Assembly (NCBI GenBank): GCA_029953675.1 | Contig: JAMWBK010000012.1 | Coordinates: forward strand, 558,001 to 622,000 | Length of the DNA stretch: 64,000 nt | Origin: Rhodosorus marinus CCMP1338 | Taxonomy: Eukaryota > Plantae > Rhodophyta | Reading direction: 5' to 3' | Part shown: positions 1 through 12,360 of the stretch, in pieces | Numbering within the stretch: position 1 is the stretch's first letter | How the letters are laid out: every line of letters starts with the position of its first letter | The notes under the pieces: model-generated | What the model was told of the DNA's origin: nothing | Database searches by the model: none | The model's input: only the letters and a program-made list of their open reading frames with translations | Program-made: the position numbers and the translations under genes

Positions 1-303
1 GGAAGAGTGTAATGTGATCAAACCCACCAATGCTAACCCGCTTTTACGTCTGTTTCTTTTTTGAAACCTGCTCTCCTGATTTCAGGGTTTTGGAACACGA
101 AACAGTTTTGCCTTTGATAATTACTTCCTTTTCCGGCCAATCACTTCCTCCCGTACTCTATTGTGCCCTCTAACAGTCCAGAGAGAGACAAATAGCTCGC
201 GGTTGGATTTCGTCTCCGCAGCTGAACCGTGGTTAGCCGACAAGTTCTCTAAGAGGTTTTGTGAGTTTCAGAGAGTTTTCATCATCTCCATCAACTCGAA
301 GGC

Positions 304-310
304 TATATAA
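304..310 (+). promoter_or_regulatory. Putative TATA box of the gene at 413-1102
   Basis: TATATAA about 110 bp upstream of the ATG at 413; similar spacing to the TATA boxes of the Cys-rich paralogues. Confidence 0.5.
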
Positions 311-412
311 ACCACCTCGCTGTGGCGGTAATTGGATGTTGAGCTGAAGTCCCAAGGCAGAGAACCCATTGAGAGGAGCAGGGCCAAAGTTTGAAAGTTG
401 AGAGGTTTCACC

Positions 413-1102
413 ATGAAGACGATTGCGATCATTGCGATGTTGGCGGTTCTGGGCATGGCGGTTGCCCAGAATGAGAGCATGGAGGAGAACGTGACGGCGC
501 GTTTGATCAATCCCCCGCCGATTGAGAAGCACTACTGCTCGTACTACGCTGACAAGTACGATGTCGTCAAGCTGTGGGGCCTCGACAAGAAGTGCTACAT
601 TATCTACGACAGTGGAAAGTACGCCAAGCTCGGTTATGTGTGTGTCTCCATCGTGACCTACCACGGCAAGACCTGCATCGCGTTCAAATTCTACGCCGCC
701 AAGGGCTACAAGTTCACCGGACTCTACGCTGGTGCTAGCGTGGACTGCAGCATCCCGACGAAAAACCCGTACTACGTCAAGGCCAAACACTACTATCCTG
801 GAAAGACCCTCTACGTCTGCTTGGATACTTTCTACGCCTATGGCCCGACCGGATGCTGCAACTCCGATATCTGCCTTTACTTCAAGGTTACGGCGAAGAA
901 GTACATCTGCAAGTACTACTACGGAAGGCTCTCCAAGAAGATCGCAAACAGACTCAGCGGGGGACACCACAAGCATCACAAATGCTACTACGGGCACAAG
1001 ACCTATTGGGGCTTCCCGGCCTACGACGTTTGCCCGAAGTACAACTTCTACAGCGCCTGCTCCGCGCCGTTCAAGTGCTACAACGAACCCGTACCCTTGT
1101 AA
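413..1102 (+). CDS. Secreted Tyr/Lys/Cys-rich protein of unknown function (229 aa)
   Basis: ATG at 413 (the track starts at an upstream TTG); N-terminus MKTIAIIAMLAVLGMAVAQ looks like a signal peptide; strong C/G third-position bias; no introns. Confidence 0.8.
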   Translation: MKTIAIIAMLAVLGMAVAQNESMEENVTARLINPPPIEKHYCSYYADKYDVVKLWGLDKKCYIIYDSGKYAKLGYVCVSIVTYHGKTCIAFKFYAAKGYKFTGLYAGASVDCSIPTKNPYYVKAKHYYPGKTLYVCLDTFYAYGPTGCCNSDICLYFKVTAKKYICKYYYGRLSKKIANRLSGGHHKHHKCYYGHKTYWGFPAYDVCPKYNFYSACSAPFKCYNEPVPL

Positions 1103-1656
1103 TTGTAGAGGCAACCTCTCTCTCCACACGGCGTCCCCCGAGACGGCAAATACACGTGGAGCTTGCGGTTCACGACTACCTAGAGGTGTGCGCATTAACA
1201 AGGAAAAGTTTTCTTGGCACTTTTACATTAAAAAAGTAAAACGAAATTCAAGAAACGTTCTGCCCATGCCAGACTTCCGGTACACGCGCATAGATCAGTT
1301 CAATGAAAACAGATTGTTCGAAGCCTTGTGGCGTCTGCCTCTGAATACAGCTTTCGTTCCAATAGCGTTTCTAACAACTGGACTCGCTAGGTCGCGTGGG
1401 TGCGAAAATCAATTGCTCATTGCTTCCAGCTCAGGATTCAGTCGTTATGCTGATCAAATAAAGCTGGCTAGAAACATAATTACAGACATCAAGCCACGGA
1501 CCAACCTAAACGGTAGCAAAAAGTCCACGCCCGTAACGGGCCATTTCGGAAAGGCCGGCTGTCCCAAACAGTGCGGTTGTCATCTCCGTCCGATGAAACA
1601 ACCGTCCGATTGCGTCCGATAAGTATCAGACGGTCTGATAAACGACCCGCGTTTGG

Positions 1657-1838
1657 TCGACCTCTCGCTGGCTTCGGGCGCGAACGCCCTGACCGTCTTC
1701 AATCGTTGTTTACCCGCTTAAGTTTCCTGCTGTGGCGCATGAATGCCGCTTTGATGTTGGAGGCGCGAGTACTTCGCCGCGCTTAGTCATTTTTTCCCCT
1801 CGGGGTTTTTTTTTCAGCCTCCGATTAAACCATTCGTT
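1657..1838 (+). mobile_element. Family A non-LTR retrotransposon, short 5'-truncated 3' end
   Basis: Near-identical to the last ~180 bp of 27787-32370; flanked by CGTTTGG at 1650-1656 and 1839-1845 (TSD). Confidence 0.85.
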
Positions 1839-1932
1839 CGTTTGGAAAAGATAAATTTCATTCACTGAGGACTTCCGCTCCGATATATAAACATATATCG
1901 GTTTATAGGACCTGAATAGAAAATATTCATCA

Positions 1933-2155
1933 CCTAGTACCTCCGGTCATTGAGTGCTTTGGGTTTACGGATTCCGTTGGTTCCTGCTGGCCTCGGGATT
2001 TGTTCCACGCACACCTTGACCGTCTCTCCACGTTATTTCTAGCTGTGGCGTATGAACGCTGCTTTGATGTTGGAGGCGTGCGATCTTCGCCGCGCATAGT
2101 CTTCCTCTTCCCCTCGGGGTTTTTTCTTTCAGTCTCCGACTAAACAAGTTCATTC
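1933..2155 (+). mobile_element. Diverged family A-like 3' fragment
   Basis: Decayed match to the RLE C-terminus and the CCCCTCGGGG 3' UTR of family A. Confidence 0.75.
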
Positions 2156-2542
2156 AATGGGAAAGAAACAGAAACCTTCGTCAAATAAATGGCCCGATCA
2201 CAACCGATTGCCATCCGACGTTCTCGAACTGTTCTGGAAATGCGCGCATCATCTAGTCCAAGCCCCCGCCAACGCAACCAATGCTATGACAGCCTGTCGG
2301 TGTCCAAAAATTACAATTCATTACATGATCGCGAGAGTTAGTCATCGAAAAGAATTAATCATAATTCATGATCTGAGAAAGAGCTCTCATGCTAGGGTTG
2401 TGTCAAGTGGGTAGGGGTTTTGGCCAGTGGGTCGGGTTTTCGCTGGTTACCCCTCTAAATCCCCCTGTTTTCACGGGTTTAAACAATTCTAACTCGTAAA
2501 CAGGGAAAAACTCGACCCTCTTTGCACAACCCTACTCATACC

Positions 2543-3409
2543 GCTGCATATGGCCGACTCCTCGCGCAGATGGTCTCATCTTCTCGCGCTCGCGCCCGCC
2601 TACGTAGTCTTGGAGGGGTTATTAGCTCTCAGTGGCTCATGACCGTACCAGCCTTTCCGCCACTCACACTGTCGGATTTCGAAGTGCGTACTTCACTGCG
2701 CTTATACCTCGGCTTACATCAGCCCCCTTGGCCGTACGAGATGGGTTCGTCGTGCCCTCTCTGCTCTCAGACTGAAGACAACGCAGATTTTGGCGCCCAC
2801 CTGCTCGCTAGTTGCCCGGCGGTGAAAGGTGCTCGAACCCGCCGCCACACACGGATCTTGAACCTGTTATACCGGGAACTTCGGCCTATAGTCCGGCAAG
2901 CCGGTCTGGAAATCGAACGTGAGAAACCTTTACCCGTCGCGGACTTTCAAAATGATGAACGCCGTGTAGCCGATCTGGTGATCACCTGTGACGACAGCCG
3001 CCGTACCACATACGTTGATCTTGCTGTTCCTAACCCTCAAGCTAGTCGTTATCTCCCGGCTGCGGGGGAGCGCCGTGGATCTGCCGCCGCCAGCATGAGA
3101 CGCCGCAAAGAGATCAAATACGCGGGGGCTTTGTCTTCCCCTGGTGTTCGTGCTTCGGCACTAGCACATCGCTTGGTACCCCTGATCATTGAGTGCTTTG
3201 GGTTCATGGACTCTGTTGGTTCTCGCTGGCTTCGGGAGTTGTTCCGCGAACGCCCTGACCGTCTTCAATCGTTGTTTACCCGCTTAAGTTTCCTGCTGTG
3301 GCGCATGAATGCCGCTTTGATGTTGGAGGCGCGAGTACTTCGCCGCGCTTAGTCTTTTTTTCCCCTCGGGGTTTTTTTTTCAGCCTCCGATTAAACCATT
3401 CATTCATTC
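2543..3409 (+). mobile_element. Family A, 5'-truncated copy (CCHC knuckle + RLE)
   Basis: ORF 2522-3352 matches the C-terminus of the 954-aa ORF; (ATTC)n tail; TSD ACTCATACC at 2534-2542 and 3410-3418. Confidence 0.92.
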
Positions 3410-5344
3410 ACTCATACCAAGAAATAATCAGGATTCAATGGTTGGCCCGGAGATGATTGATGATTAGACTAACGTTGATTGAAATATTAGCCGATTTATT
3501 GGGCCTGTTTATCGGAGAAACGATCAAACCTGTGTTTTTGGAAGAATTAAAATCATATACACTATAATTTTATGGTCGTTATATGGGGTGCCGTGCGCCA
3601 ACAGTGCTCCCAGTAGGTAATTGGGATTTATTTTCCGGTATTTCCTGTAAATCGAAAATGATATGGATTTCGAGGGTTCTTGGGGTAAGCAACTGGTAAT
3701 AATATCGGTAAAATTGGGGATTATTTTTTTTGCCAAAATCGGCTCTAACGAACCCAAACGCCAGGGAAAATGAAAAAAAGTACCGCCAATTACCGACCTC
3801 CAAAATGGAGCGAAAAAAATCAAAGTTTTCTTCAAAACCCCGAACGGTTGTCGAAATTCAGGTACTATGAACACCCTGAGTACAACGTCAAGACGGAATA
3901 CACTGCGCCATACATCAAAGGATCGAACGGTCGCAGATCAATCTAGATTAATCATAGAATTTACGGGGTGCTTTGTTTAATCGGGAGTCTAACGTCTACC
4001 GTATATCTTAGACGTCGAGTAGCAAGGATATATATGTACTGTGTAGGTTGCTTGGGCAATGGGCATGAATTTGGAGAGGAGTAAGTGAGAAGCAAGACCA
4101 GACCAAAGCAAGTGAGCATTCAATGTGCGAATCTTAACGCCTGAGGATGTGTGTGCACGTGCGAGATCGGAGTCAATCTCCCCTGAAGCCCGTACTACTC
4201 ATTTAGTTGTACGAATGTTGTAAAACGCGGTGACTTGATCCGACCTTTGTTTCACACTAAGTTATAAGAAATACAATCTAAGTGTACAAGAGCTTTTGGA
4301 GTCCTTCAGGCGACATCTGATGAAACTTCGAGTTCCGCCGGATAAAGAGGGTGCTATACTTCCATATGCACAACCTTGTTTGTCGAGTAATACGGTTGTT
4401 TCTCCTTCTTCAGTCGACTGAGGAAAACGTTCGTAGGGGGGGAATGGCTGGGAGGGAGGAGGGTTGGGGGTTCAGCCTTTCTCTTCCCCTCCTTTAGCCA
4501 GACCAGCTCATCACCCAGATGACGAACTATCTGCAAACATTCATATGTTCGTGATTCCACTAGTCCATATCAGGCACTTGTTCTTCGGGTCATGTCTGCG
4601 TCTGTCATGTCTGCGTCTGTAGTAAACAATCCGGCTACACGAGCCCGTGCAAACTTCCGTTGCAAGTCATCGTCATTGGGACGGTAACAAAACTCTCATT
4701 TTCTTGTCCAAGTACTATGTCCTTTGGTTCATGTTCTCTGCCTACACAGTCTTTGCCTTCCTCCTCTATGCGTCTTTGCAGTCTTCCTTCGCCAGCGTAG
4801 GCGCTTCTGCCTCCGGTTAGCTATCATTATGATGCTCAACTGCTCTCCACAAAACCTCCACATCCCCTTCTACGCTTCGGTACAAGCAGCCAGACGAGGT
4901 CCGCCTTTGCCAGGGACTTCCACAAACCATAAAACTTCTCTATAATCCAGCTCATCGTCATCTTCTCAGTTCACGCAGCTCTCAGACGGTGAGCTGGGCT
5001 CATAACCTGTTGGACCTGCAAGTTCTTACAGAGCTATAGAGACCTTTGGTGCGCATACACAGTTCCCTTTACTCAAGAACCCTCTGATCATAGAGTGGCT
5101 ACATATTACATACACTACCTTGGTGCTAGATATAGGAGAAGCTCGTTCTGGAATCCAACGGAATCACATTCGCCAGGAACGTATGCGTTGTCAGAACGGA
5201 CAATCAGACACGTTCCCGCGTATTGGTCGGGGAATGACTGATAGCTCACCAAACTGTCCCATTGGCGCAGGTTTTAGTAGGATAGCTTCAAGCGCCATAT
5301 ACGCGTTGTAAGACAAATTAGGTGGTGTGTTAATTCTACAACTT

Positions 5345-6160
5345 TCAGCAAGGGCTTCTTGTCGACGAGTAAGGAGCAATGCATTTGGGTGGTGGCCTGC
5401 TCTTTGTTTCAGATTTGTTGACATAGCACTGATCGCAAGTTAAACCGCTGCTTGCTGGCTGGCACGACTCTCCGCACTTGTTCCCGAAAGTTACAACCGC
5501 TTTTTCGGGATGTGCAAGGCACAGTGTGTTACCCCAGCCGCAGGTTGTTACTCCCGTTACTGGGTTCATAGCGCACGACGGAGAGCCGGTACTTGCGCAA
5601 TCACTCGTCACCGTCATCTTGATGCCGAAGTAATCCCGCTCGTTGACAATGCATCCGCCCCTCTTAGTTTTACACTGGTACAGTTTCGGCCGCTGATTGT
5701 TTGGTATGGCGCAAATCACGTTCACCTTTGCCACAAAGCTTGCAAGTTTGCAATCACCAGAAGTAGCAATCTCCATGAACTTGTTCTTCAAGGCTCTGTT
5801 CATGACCGTTGGTATACCTTCGTCATACCACTCCTGCGGACACTCGCAGAGATCGCATTCCAAAACATTGTCCGAGTCCAGGTTGCATGTAACCTTTCGA
5901 AAGTGGAGCCTATTCTTCAGCAAGTTCGGTTGGCCCGGGCAAGAACCTCCGCATTGCTTTCCTTCGCTAGCAAGGCATGCCACCACTTGGCAGTTGCTGT
6001 CACAGCATGAATTGCATTCATCGGAATCGCAATAAATCGGGGTCGGAGTAGGAGTTGGCGTTGTGAGTTGTTCCTGTAGAGACTCTGGCGTTTGCAATGT
6101 GACAGCTACCGTTGCGCCCACCAATCCAAGCATCACAAAGACCAATCCTTGTATCCTCAT
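5345..6160 (-). CDS. Secreted Cys-rich protein, paralogue 1 of 5
   Basis: ATG at 6160; hydrophobic signal peptide, TPTPTP linker, 26 Cys aligned with the other paralogues. Confidence 0.88.
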   Translation of the reverse strand: MRIQGLVFVMLGLVGATVAVTLQTPESLQEQLTTPTPTPTPIYCDSDECNSCCDSNCQVVACLASEGKQCGGSCPGQPNLLKNRLHFRKVTCNLDSDNVLECDLCECPQEWYDEGIPTVMNRALKNKFMEIATSGDCKLASFVAKVNVICAIPNNQRPKLYQCKTKRGGCIVNERDYFGIKMTVTSDCASTGSPSCAMNPVTGVTTCGWGNTLCLAHPEKAVVTFGNKCGESCQPASSGLTCDQCYVNKSETKSRPPPKCIAPYSSTRSPC

Positions 6161-6239
6161 CGTTGTCACTTTTCAGTTGTCTTCTCTGCTATGTCAATCT
6201 CGTTCTCTTGTCAGACAATGTCTAGCTGAGTGATCTAGT

Positions 6240-6290
6240 CAACCCCGGACTAACTTGAAGCACCTCATCTCAATTCCTACTCTTATAGGC
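6240..6290 (-). promoter_or_regulatory. Conserved TATA/5' leader block of Cys-rich paralogue 1
   Basis: Minus strand reads CTATAAGAGTAGGAATTGAGATGAGGTGCTTCAAGTTAGTCC; homologous blocks lie at ~15905, ~22393, ~41473 and ~45756. Confidence 0.65.
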
Positions 6291-7042
6291 GTGCCCCGGC
6301 GGCTAGCAACTAGCTGTGGGCGGCTTCAAGCAGGTAGGCCTGCCTGCAAAACACGACACACGCTGCAGTATCATAAAAGCTCTTTCTGCGAATAAAACGC
6401 AATCGTTCATCATCAGCTACCGCGGTGAACAGTTATCAAAAATCGCCATGATCACTTAACCGCATCAATTGATAAGCTCTTGAGCAGCTACTGTCAGAAA
6501 GGATTCCCTACCTGCTGAAATGCGCCGCGCCAGAGACCATATACCAAATAAAACCACAATCATTAAAGGACGCAATCAGACCTTTTTCTTATCGGGCGGA
6601 GATGACCACTGTGGAAATTTCCAATATCTGCTATCGAAATTCCGTATTTGAGTGAGGGTGGCTTCCGGTTTAGATTCCATTACAGTCAGGTTGACATCTA
6701 AAAAAAACTAGCCCTTCGGGTTTGGTTCTAAATATAGTATTTACCTCGCATATCTTATACAACGTAAGGTTTATGGTCAGTGGAAGGCGATTCCGGTGCG
6801 GACTGGTCATAGAAGAGTCCGGCCAATAGACAGGGGTGGAGAACATGTTTTCGTTTCTTGGGGTGGCAGTAACCGACAATTCCACGTCCAGGGTGCGCGG
6901 AAGGTTTCCTATTCTTCGGAGCGCAGAGAAATCCCAATTATTCCGCCTGACTCCAAGTGCGGCGGGTCTACCATTCCCAAACCACCACTCCTAACCCCAC
7001 CAGCTAGTAAAACCAACAACCCCTATAGTTGGTTGTCTCCCC

Positions 7043-7110
7043 AGTTCCTAGTTCCTTAAACCATTCATTCAGTTCCTAGTTCCTTTTCACGCCCTGCGTG
7101 GCGCTGAGTG
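7043..7110 (+). mobile_element. Family A micro-insertion (15 nt) inside a family B 3' UTR remnant
   Basis: AGTTCCTAGTTCC - TTAAACCATTCATTC - AGTTCCTAGTTCC, followed by TTTTCACGCCCTGCGTGGCGCT (B-type UTR). Confidence 0.7.
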
Positions 7111-8338
7111 GATGGATTTACTAGCCTGAGTGGGGAACACTATTTTGATGGGTCAGGAGTAAAAGGACAATTCCACGTGCAGGATCGTCGCGGAGAGTTT
7201 CTTTCTCTTCTGAGCGCAGAGAAATATTAGTATTTCCTTCCCTCTTTATTTTTTCAGTAAGAGAACTAAGTATTGGAATATCAACCTGAGGGGGAAAGTC
7301 TCCAGCCTCCCCATGGTGACCTGGTTCGTCCCGTACAAGGACAAACTAATAATTTTAAAAAACAGATATTGAACATACAAAGAGAGTTTGGATGGACACG
7401 TATCTTCAACAGCAAAACTGCGAATGATAACTGTTATCAAAACTCTCACCTGGTGCGGCAACGCGTATATTTGGTAGCAACCATGAGACTCAGCACTTAA
7501 ATACATTGATTCAATAAACGGGGTTGATAGACCTATCATTCATTCAAATCAGGCTAAGGTGGAAGGATCACGTAACCCGAGGAATAGGGCGAAGGGTGAA
7601 AAAAACGATCTGCTTACTCCAGATTAAGCTTTGTAAAGGACGGACCGCCAAATGGTCGCGTCTCCCATGGTTTAACGCGAAGAGAGGTGGTTTTACTTTA
7701 CGAAGCCAGGACGATTGTGCAACCGGAGGCATGGCGCGAATAGGGAAAACGGCTTTTAGTCGAAATAAAGTGTTGTAAAGGACTGACTGGTCAATGGTAG
7801 TATCCCTCATGGTTTGTCGGAAGAAACGAGTGCCACCATGCAGCTACGGCTTCTCCTGATGGAGATTTTGGCACAACGCTCGAGGGCGCAACCTATCAAA
7901 GGAGCTAATTTTAGAACTGGTCGGCTTGTGGGGGCATCTCCGCCGGTTTCATCTGTTCGAGAGTGAGAACATATTGGTGCAAAGATGAATCCGGGAGAGA
8001 TGCCACCACCAACCGCCCAGTCGCAGGCTTAGCTGCTTTGATAGATGACCATATAGAACATATGACCATCAAGAACATATGACCATCACGAGGGGCTGTA
8101 CTTCCGCGAGACTACCCGTTCCTTCTGGGGGGCAAAAATCACGGTACTAACACCGACCTGTCCTTGACAGCAACACTTGAGGAGGAGTTTTGTGACGCGA
8201 AAGCATTCCTCGCGCGGTGTTATGTTATGGCGAACGCGTAGCATAATTCAAGAACCCCCCATAACAAGCGATCAGTCAGTTCTTTCGCTTATTGGAACGA
8301 TCATCACTGTATATACGCAGACGACTCGCTAGTGCAAC

Positions 8339-8866
8339 GGGGCTTACGGTTGAGGTTGAGTCGGAACTGCCCAGATCCATCTCGGACTCTGCACCGCCCC
8401 GTTGTATATCCGATCTCCTCGTCTCCGACGCTCCTGCCAGACGCTCAACATATGTGGACCTTGCGATTACCTGCCCCGTGGCCAGCGCCCACCTCACCGC
8501 AGCCGCCCGCCGCCGGGGGGCCGCGGCTTCAGCCCTTCGAAGAGTTAAGGAACGACGGTATGCTGAGAGCATGGCCAGTCTGCCTTGCGCTGAGGGTCGC
8601 TCTCACCGGTTCCAGCCATTCATTGTGGAAAGCTTTGGTCACGTGGATAAGTCGGGTTTAGAGTGGTTGCGGAAATGTTTTGCTGAGCATCCTACTGAAT
8701 ATTTGGCGCTCTTGAGGCGTTTAAGTGTCTCCCTTTGGCGATATTCCAGCGACATGCATTCCGAGGCGCGCCATCGGCGCCTGGGGTTGCATGCTTCCCT
8801 CCCTAGTTATTAGTTCATCTTCACGCCTTGCGTAGCGGTTCAGGCTATGCTAGTAAAGTCCAGTCC
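8339..8866 (+). mobile_element. Family B1 5'-truncated copy (RLE domain)
   Basis: ORF ends RRLGLHASLPSY; 3' hairpin and AGTAAAGTCC tail; TSD AGTGCAAC at 8331-8338 and 8867-8874. Confidence 0.9.
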
Positions 8867-10079
8867 AGTGCAACCACATGCGCCACTGAGGGTCCCGCGG
8901 CTGCGCACGATACCAGGATATCTGCAATTGAGAAAAGAAATGGTACAGATTTCAACGATTTTATGGCCCCGTTGGTAAGCCAAATCAATCATTCCAACCG
9001 GCTCGTCCAGATTCTGAGGCCCCAAAGCGTGCCCAAATGTTTACCCAATGATTGCTGGGTCGGTTCGGTCGGGTTGCAGAGGGCGAGGAGCTCGTCTAGC
9101 GGGGCCTTGTGAAAAAGGTGTGTATGCGTGTGTTTGTCTATGGAAGGATAAGAAACTTTTGTAGAAATTGAACAGGTGACTGTGCTGCTGCTGACGCCGT
9201 AGCCTCATCAGAGGTGCACTTTCTCTAGGGTGCAGTTAAAATAATAAGATGTTGGAAGGAATTCGGCTTTAGGATCTCTACTGCTCATACTCCGTCTCGC
9301 ACGCAGCTCACAGATATCAACACTGAAGCACTCACTTCGTTGATTCCCAGGATACTCACAGGGAAAGCAAGAATATGGCCCAAACCACCAGAATATGTAC
9401 TTCATGAATACTAACAGAAAAGGTAAAAACGGAAACGGGCGATTCTTCACTATGACGGTCGTCTCATCTGGCAGTGGCACAACCATGGCGCTCTCTCGCA
9501 GCCAGTGAAACTGGGAAAATCCCGAAAAATGGGTTAAAGCCAGTCCTGCAGAGGGATCGCTCGAGTAAAAACATCACGGTGCCTCTACCTCCATTGATTT
9601 CTGATGTCTAATTCTAAGAGCGTCTTGACCACTACTCGGGTATTATTACTATCAGAGTATAGTGTGTTGACCAGGGCGCAGTAAAGAAGTGTACCTACCT
9701 CCCTCTAATCGGTCCCTAGGGGATTACTAAAGCTACTGAAATTGGTAATCGCTGTTCTGGCTTCTACAACAAGCTCCATGACTCTGAAAGAACCTCAAGT
9801 TTCAACTTTTTGTCTTCCCTCTAGCGCAATTCCTCACGTTCCATGATGCTCTTAGTAAAAAGACACCATCCCCTTTGTCTTCGCGTTCCTACCGCAAGAG
9901 TCTGAGGGTCGCGAAGCAAAGTACGCGTTGCTGAGTGCCTCGTGTACCTAGCAAGAGAGTTTTGATTTAACGATTGTATGTTGAATATGAGTGTCAGTCG
10001 AAGATCTTCTCTTAGTACCTGTCTTCGCGTTCAACCATGGGAGGTAGCTGCCATTGACCAGTGGGCCCTTTACAACACT

Positions 10080-12360
10080 GGCTTTATTGGGCTTTACTGG
10101 CTTTATTGGCTTTATTAGCATACTGGCTTTATTAGCATAGCCTACAGCGCTACGCAAACCGTTAAAAGAAACTAAGAAGTAGGTAGGGAAGCGTGTAAAC
10201 CCAGGCGCCGATGGCGCGACTCGGCAAGCATGCTGCTCGAAAATCGCCACAGAGAGACACTTAAGCGCCGCAAAAGTTCCAAGTACTCAACAGGATGCTC
10301 AGTGAAACATTTTCGCAACCACTCCAAACCCGACTTCTCCACGTCACCAAAGCTTTCCACAATGAAAGGCTGGAACCGGTGGGAGCGACCCTCAGCGCGA
10401 GGCAGGCTGGCCATCCTCGCAGCATACCGTCGTTCCTTCCCGCGGCGAAGGGCCGAAGAGCTGCTCCCCGGCGGCGGGCGGCAGCCGTGAGATGGGCACT
10501 TGCCACAGGGTATGTAATCGCGAGGTCAACATATGCTGAGCGTCTGGCGGCAGCATCGGATACGAGGAGATCTGCGATACAGCGGGGCGGTGCCCTATCC
10601 GAGACCGATCTGGGTTGTTCCGATTCCACCTCAACCGTATGCCCTACCCGAGTCAGACATTCGCTGAGAATGTACTTGAAGCGAGTGTGACGCCTCGTAC
10701 GAAGACCTCTCAACAATCCGCATGAACCTAAGAAATGGTAACCACAAGCATCGATCCGACTCTCACATCCCTGATAGAAAGACGGCCGATTAGAGTGCCA
10801 CGGAGCTTGTGGCAAACCCAGGTAAATCCGTGCGGCAGAGCGAAACTGGAAGGCATCCAGACGGTGACCCAGTGATGACGGCAGGGTCTTTAACCACAAA
10901 TGTGAAAGATGGCCTCCCATGCCGCGGAGGCGAGCGGCGGTGGTAGGCGGTGTGAGTGGAGAGTTGAGCAAGATTGCGTGAGCGGCACTGTGTTGGACCC
11001 AGTTGAGGCTATGTTGTATCACATCAGTGCGGGAGCTCCACAATCGGCTCAGACCCGGGTAATCGGCAACCGGTGACCCGGGGCTAGCTTCCCCCTCGTC
11101 GGCGAGTACTCTGTCTATGGTAGAGTCCTCGAGCGCCTCAGTTCGTCCCCATACTGTTATACAGCTCCTTCCAGGAGCGAAATATGGATCGGATCTCGTC
11201 CGGCACGGCGTTACACTTGCTGAACGCCTGTTGCAGAGCATCATAATTACTCAAAAGCGGCGGCGGAAGGGTCACGGGGTCTTCGCTATTCAGTGCTCTA
11301 GCCAAAAGGCAAGCACTTCGCATCTGAAAACTCACCAAGGTGCGAAGTGCGGTAGCCCAGGAGGCGACCGCCGCTGCCGAGCATACGAGTCCACGGTCGG
11401 CCACTCCAAATCCGCCTAATCGTAAAGGGAGGGCAATCTGGCAACGAAATAGGTCCCTGTCAGGAGAGCTTCCACATGCAGGGGTTCATAGCAGCGTTCC
11501 CCAGTGCTTCAGCGTTGCCTCGTCCGCCTTGGCTGCCATTCACGAGCCCCAGTGCGGTGGAAGGCTTCGCAGCCAGTAATTCAGTCGGGGGCCGGCACAA
11601 AAGCGGGAGAGCCGGCAGGCCGATTGGAGCATGCTATCTGGTAGGCGCTCAATGGCGTCGGTGAGCTGCTTATGGCGCTCTAAAACTCGTTCGCAAGAGT
11701 CCTGGACAAAATTGTCACTCGCCAAACCGACGCCATGGTGCTCGAGCCCCGCATGTTCACCAAGGGCCCGGAGACTAGGTGGCAGGGAGCCCCTCGAAAC
11801 TTCACGCGGGCCGAGAAAACGGCATTTTTCGGGTTCTGCGGTTAGACCTACGCCACGTGCGATTGCCTCGATCTGGGTCAGTCCCCGAGCCAAGGGCTCA
11901 GGAGTGCCCCGCAACGTCACGTCGTCATGGTAGGCACAGATGCGAAGCTCCGGCACCTCAGCCGCCAGTCGCTGGAGCACGAGCTGCAAGGCACAGGCGT
12001 GAAGTACCGGCCCACAAGGATCACCCTGTTGAACGCCAGTACGTGCTGCAAAAACAGAGCCCTGCGTTGTCAAGTAAGGGAGGCTCCCCCCTGCTTAAAT
12101 ACCGGATAGGAACGGCCACGCCTCCGGGAATACCCTGCGAATCACCTCCAAAGCATGCGTCCGCGAGACGTTGTTGAACGCGTTACGGAAGTGAACCACC
12201 AAAACGCCCCAATCAGGCCTACTGGCTCGCTCGAGCTCGATCGTATGGGTGATTAGTTCGCAAACCCCGGAAAATCCCACCCCTAGCTGCCAAGGCGCCA
12301 TAAAGGCGGTGGCTCGCTGGCGTAGGCGCTGGCATAGCCACCTCCCGGCGAGTTTCCGTT
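10080..12360 (-). mobile_element. Family B2 long degenerate copy (RT + CCHC + RLE, frameshifted)
   Basis: ORF pieces contain GVQQGDPCGP, AYHDD, FRNAFNNVSR, CQGC..H..C and YVDLAIT; multi-unit AATAAAGCC tail at the left end. Confidence 0.88.

Noticed and set aside
233-1201. 322-aa minus-strand ORF (and similar long antisense ORFs over the Cys-rich genes, 33119-33583, the ABCG and the phosphatase)
   Set aside because: Shadow ORFs caused by codon bias of the real genes on the opposite strand; no motifs
4354-4560. Possible gypsy integrase C-terminal remnant (GDELVWLK)
   Set aside because: Only a single short motif, with no other LTR-element hallmarks
8046-8088. Short tandem duplications (17-bp unit here; 15-bp at ~4590-4620; 10-bp at ~23905-23932)
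   Set aside because: Common slippage repeats without further structure
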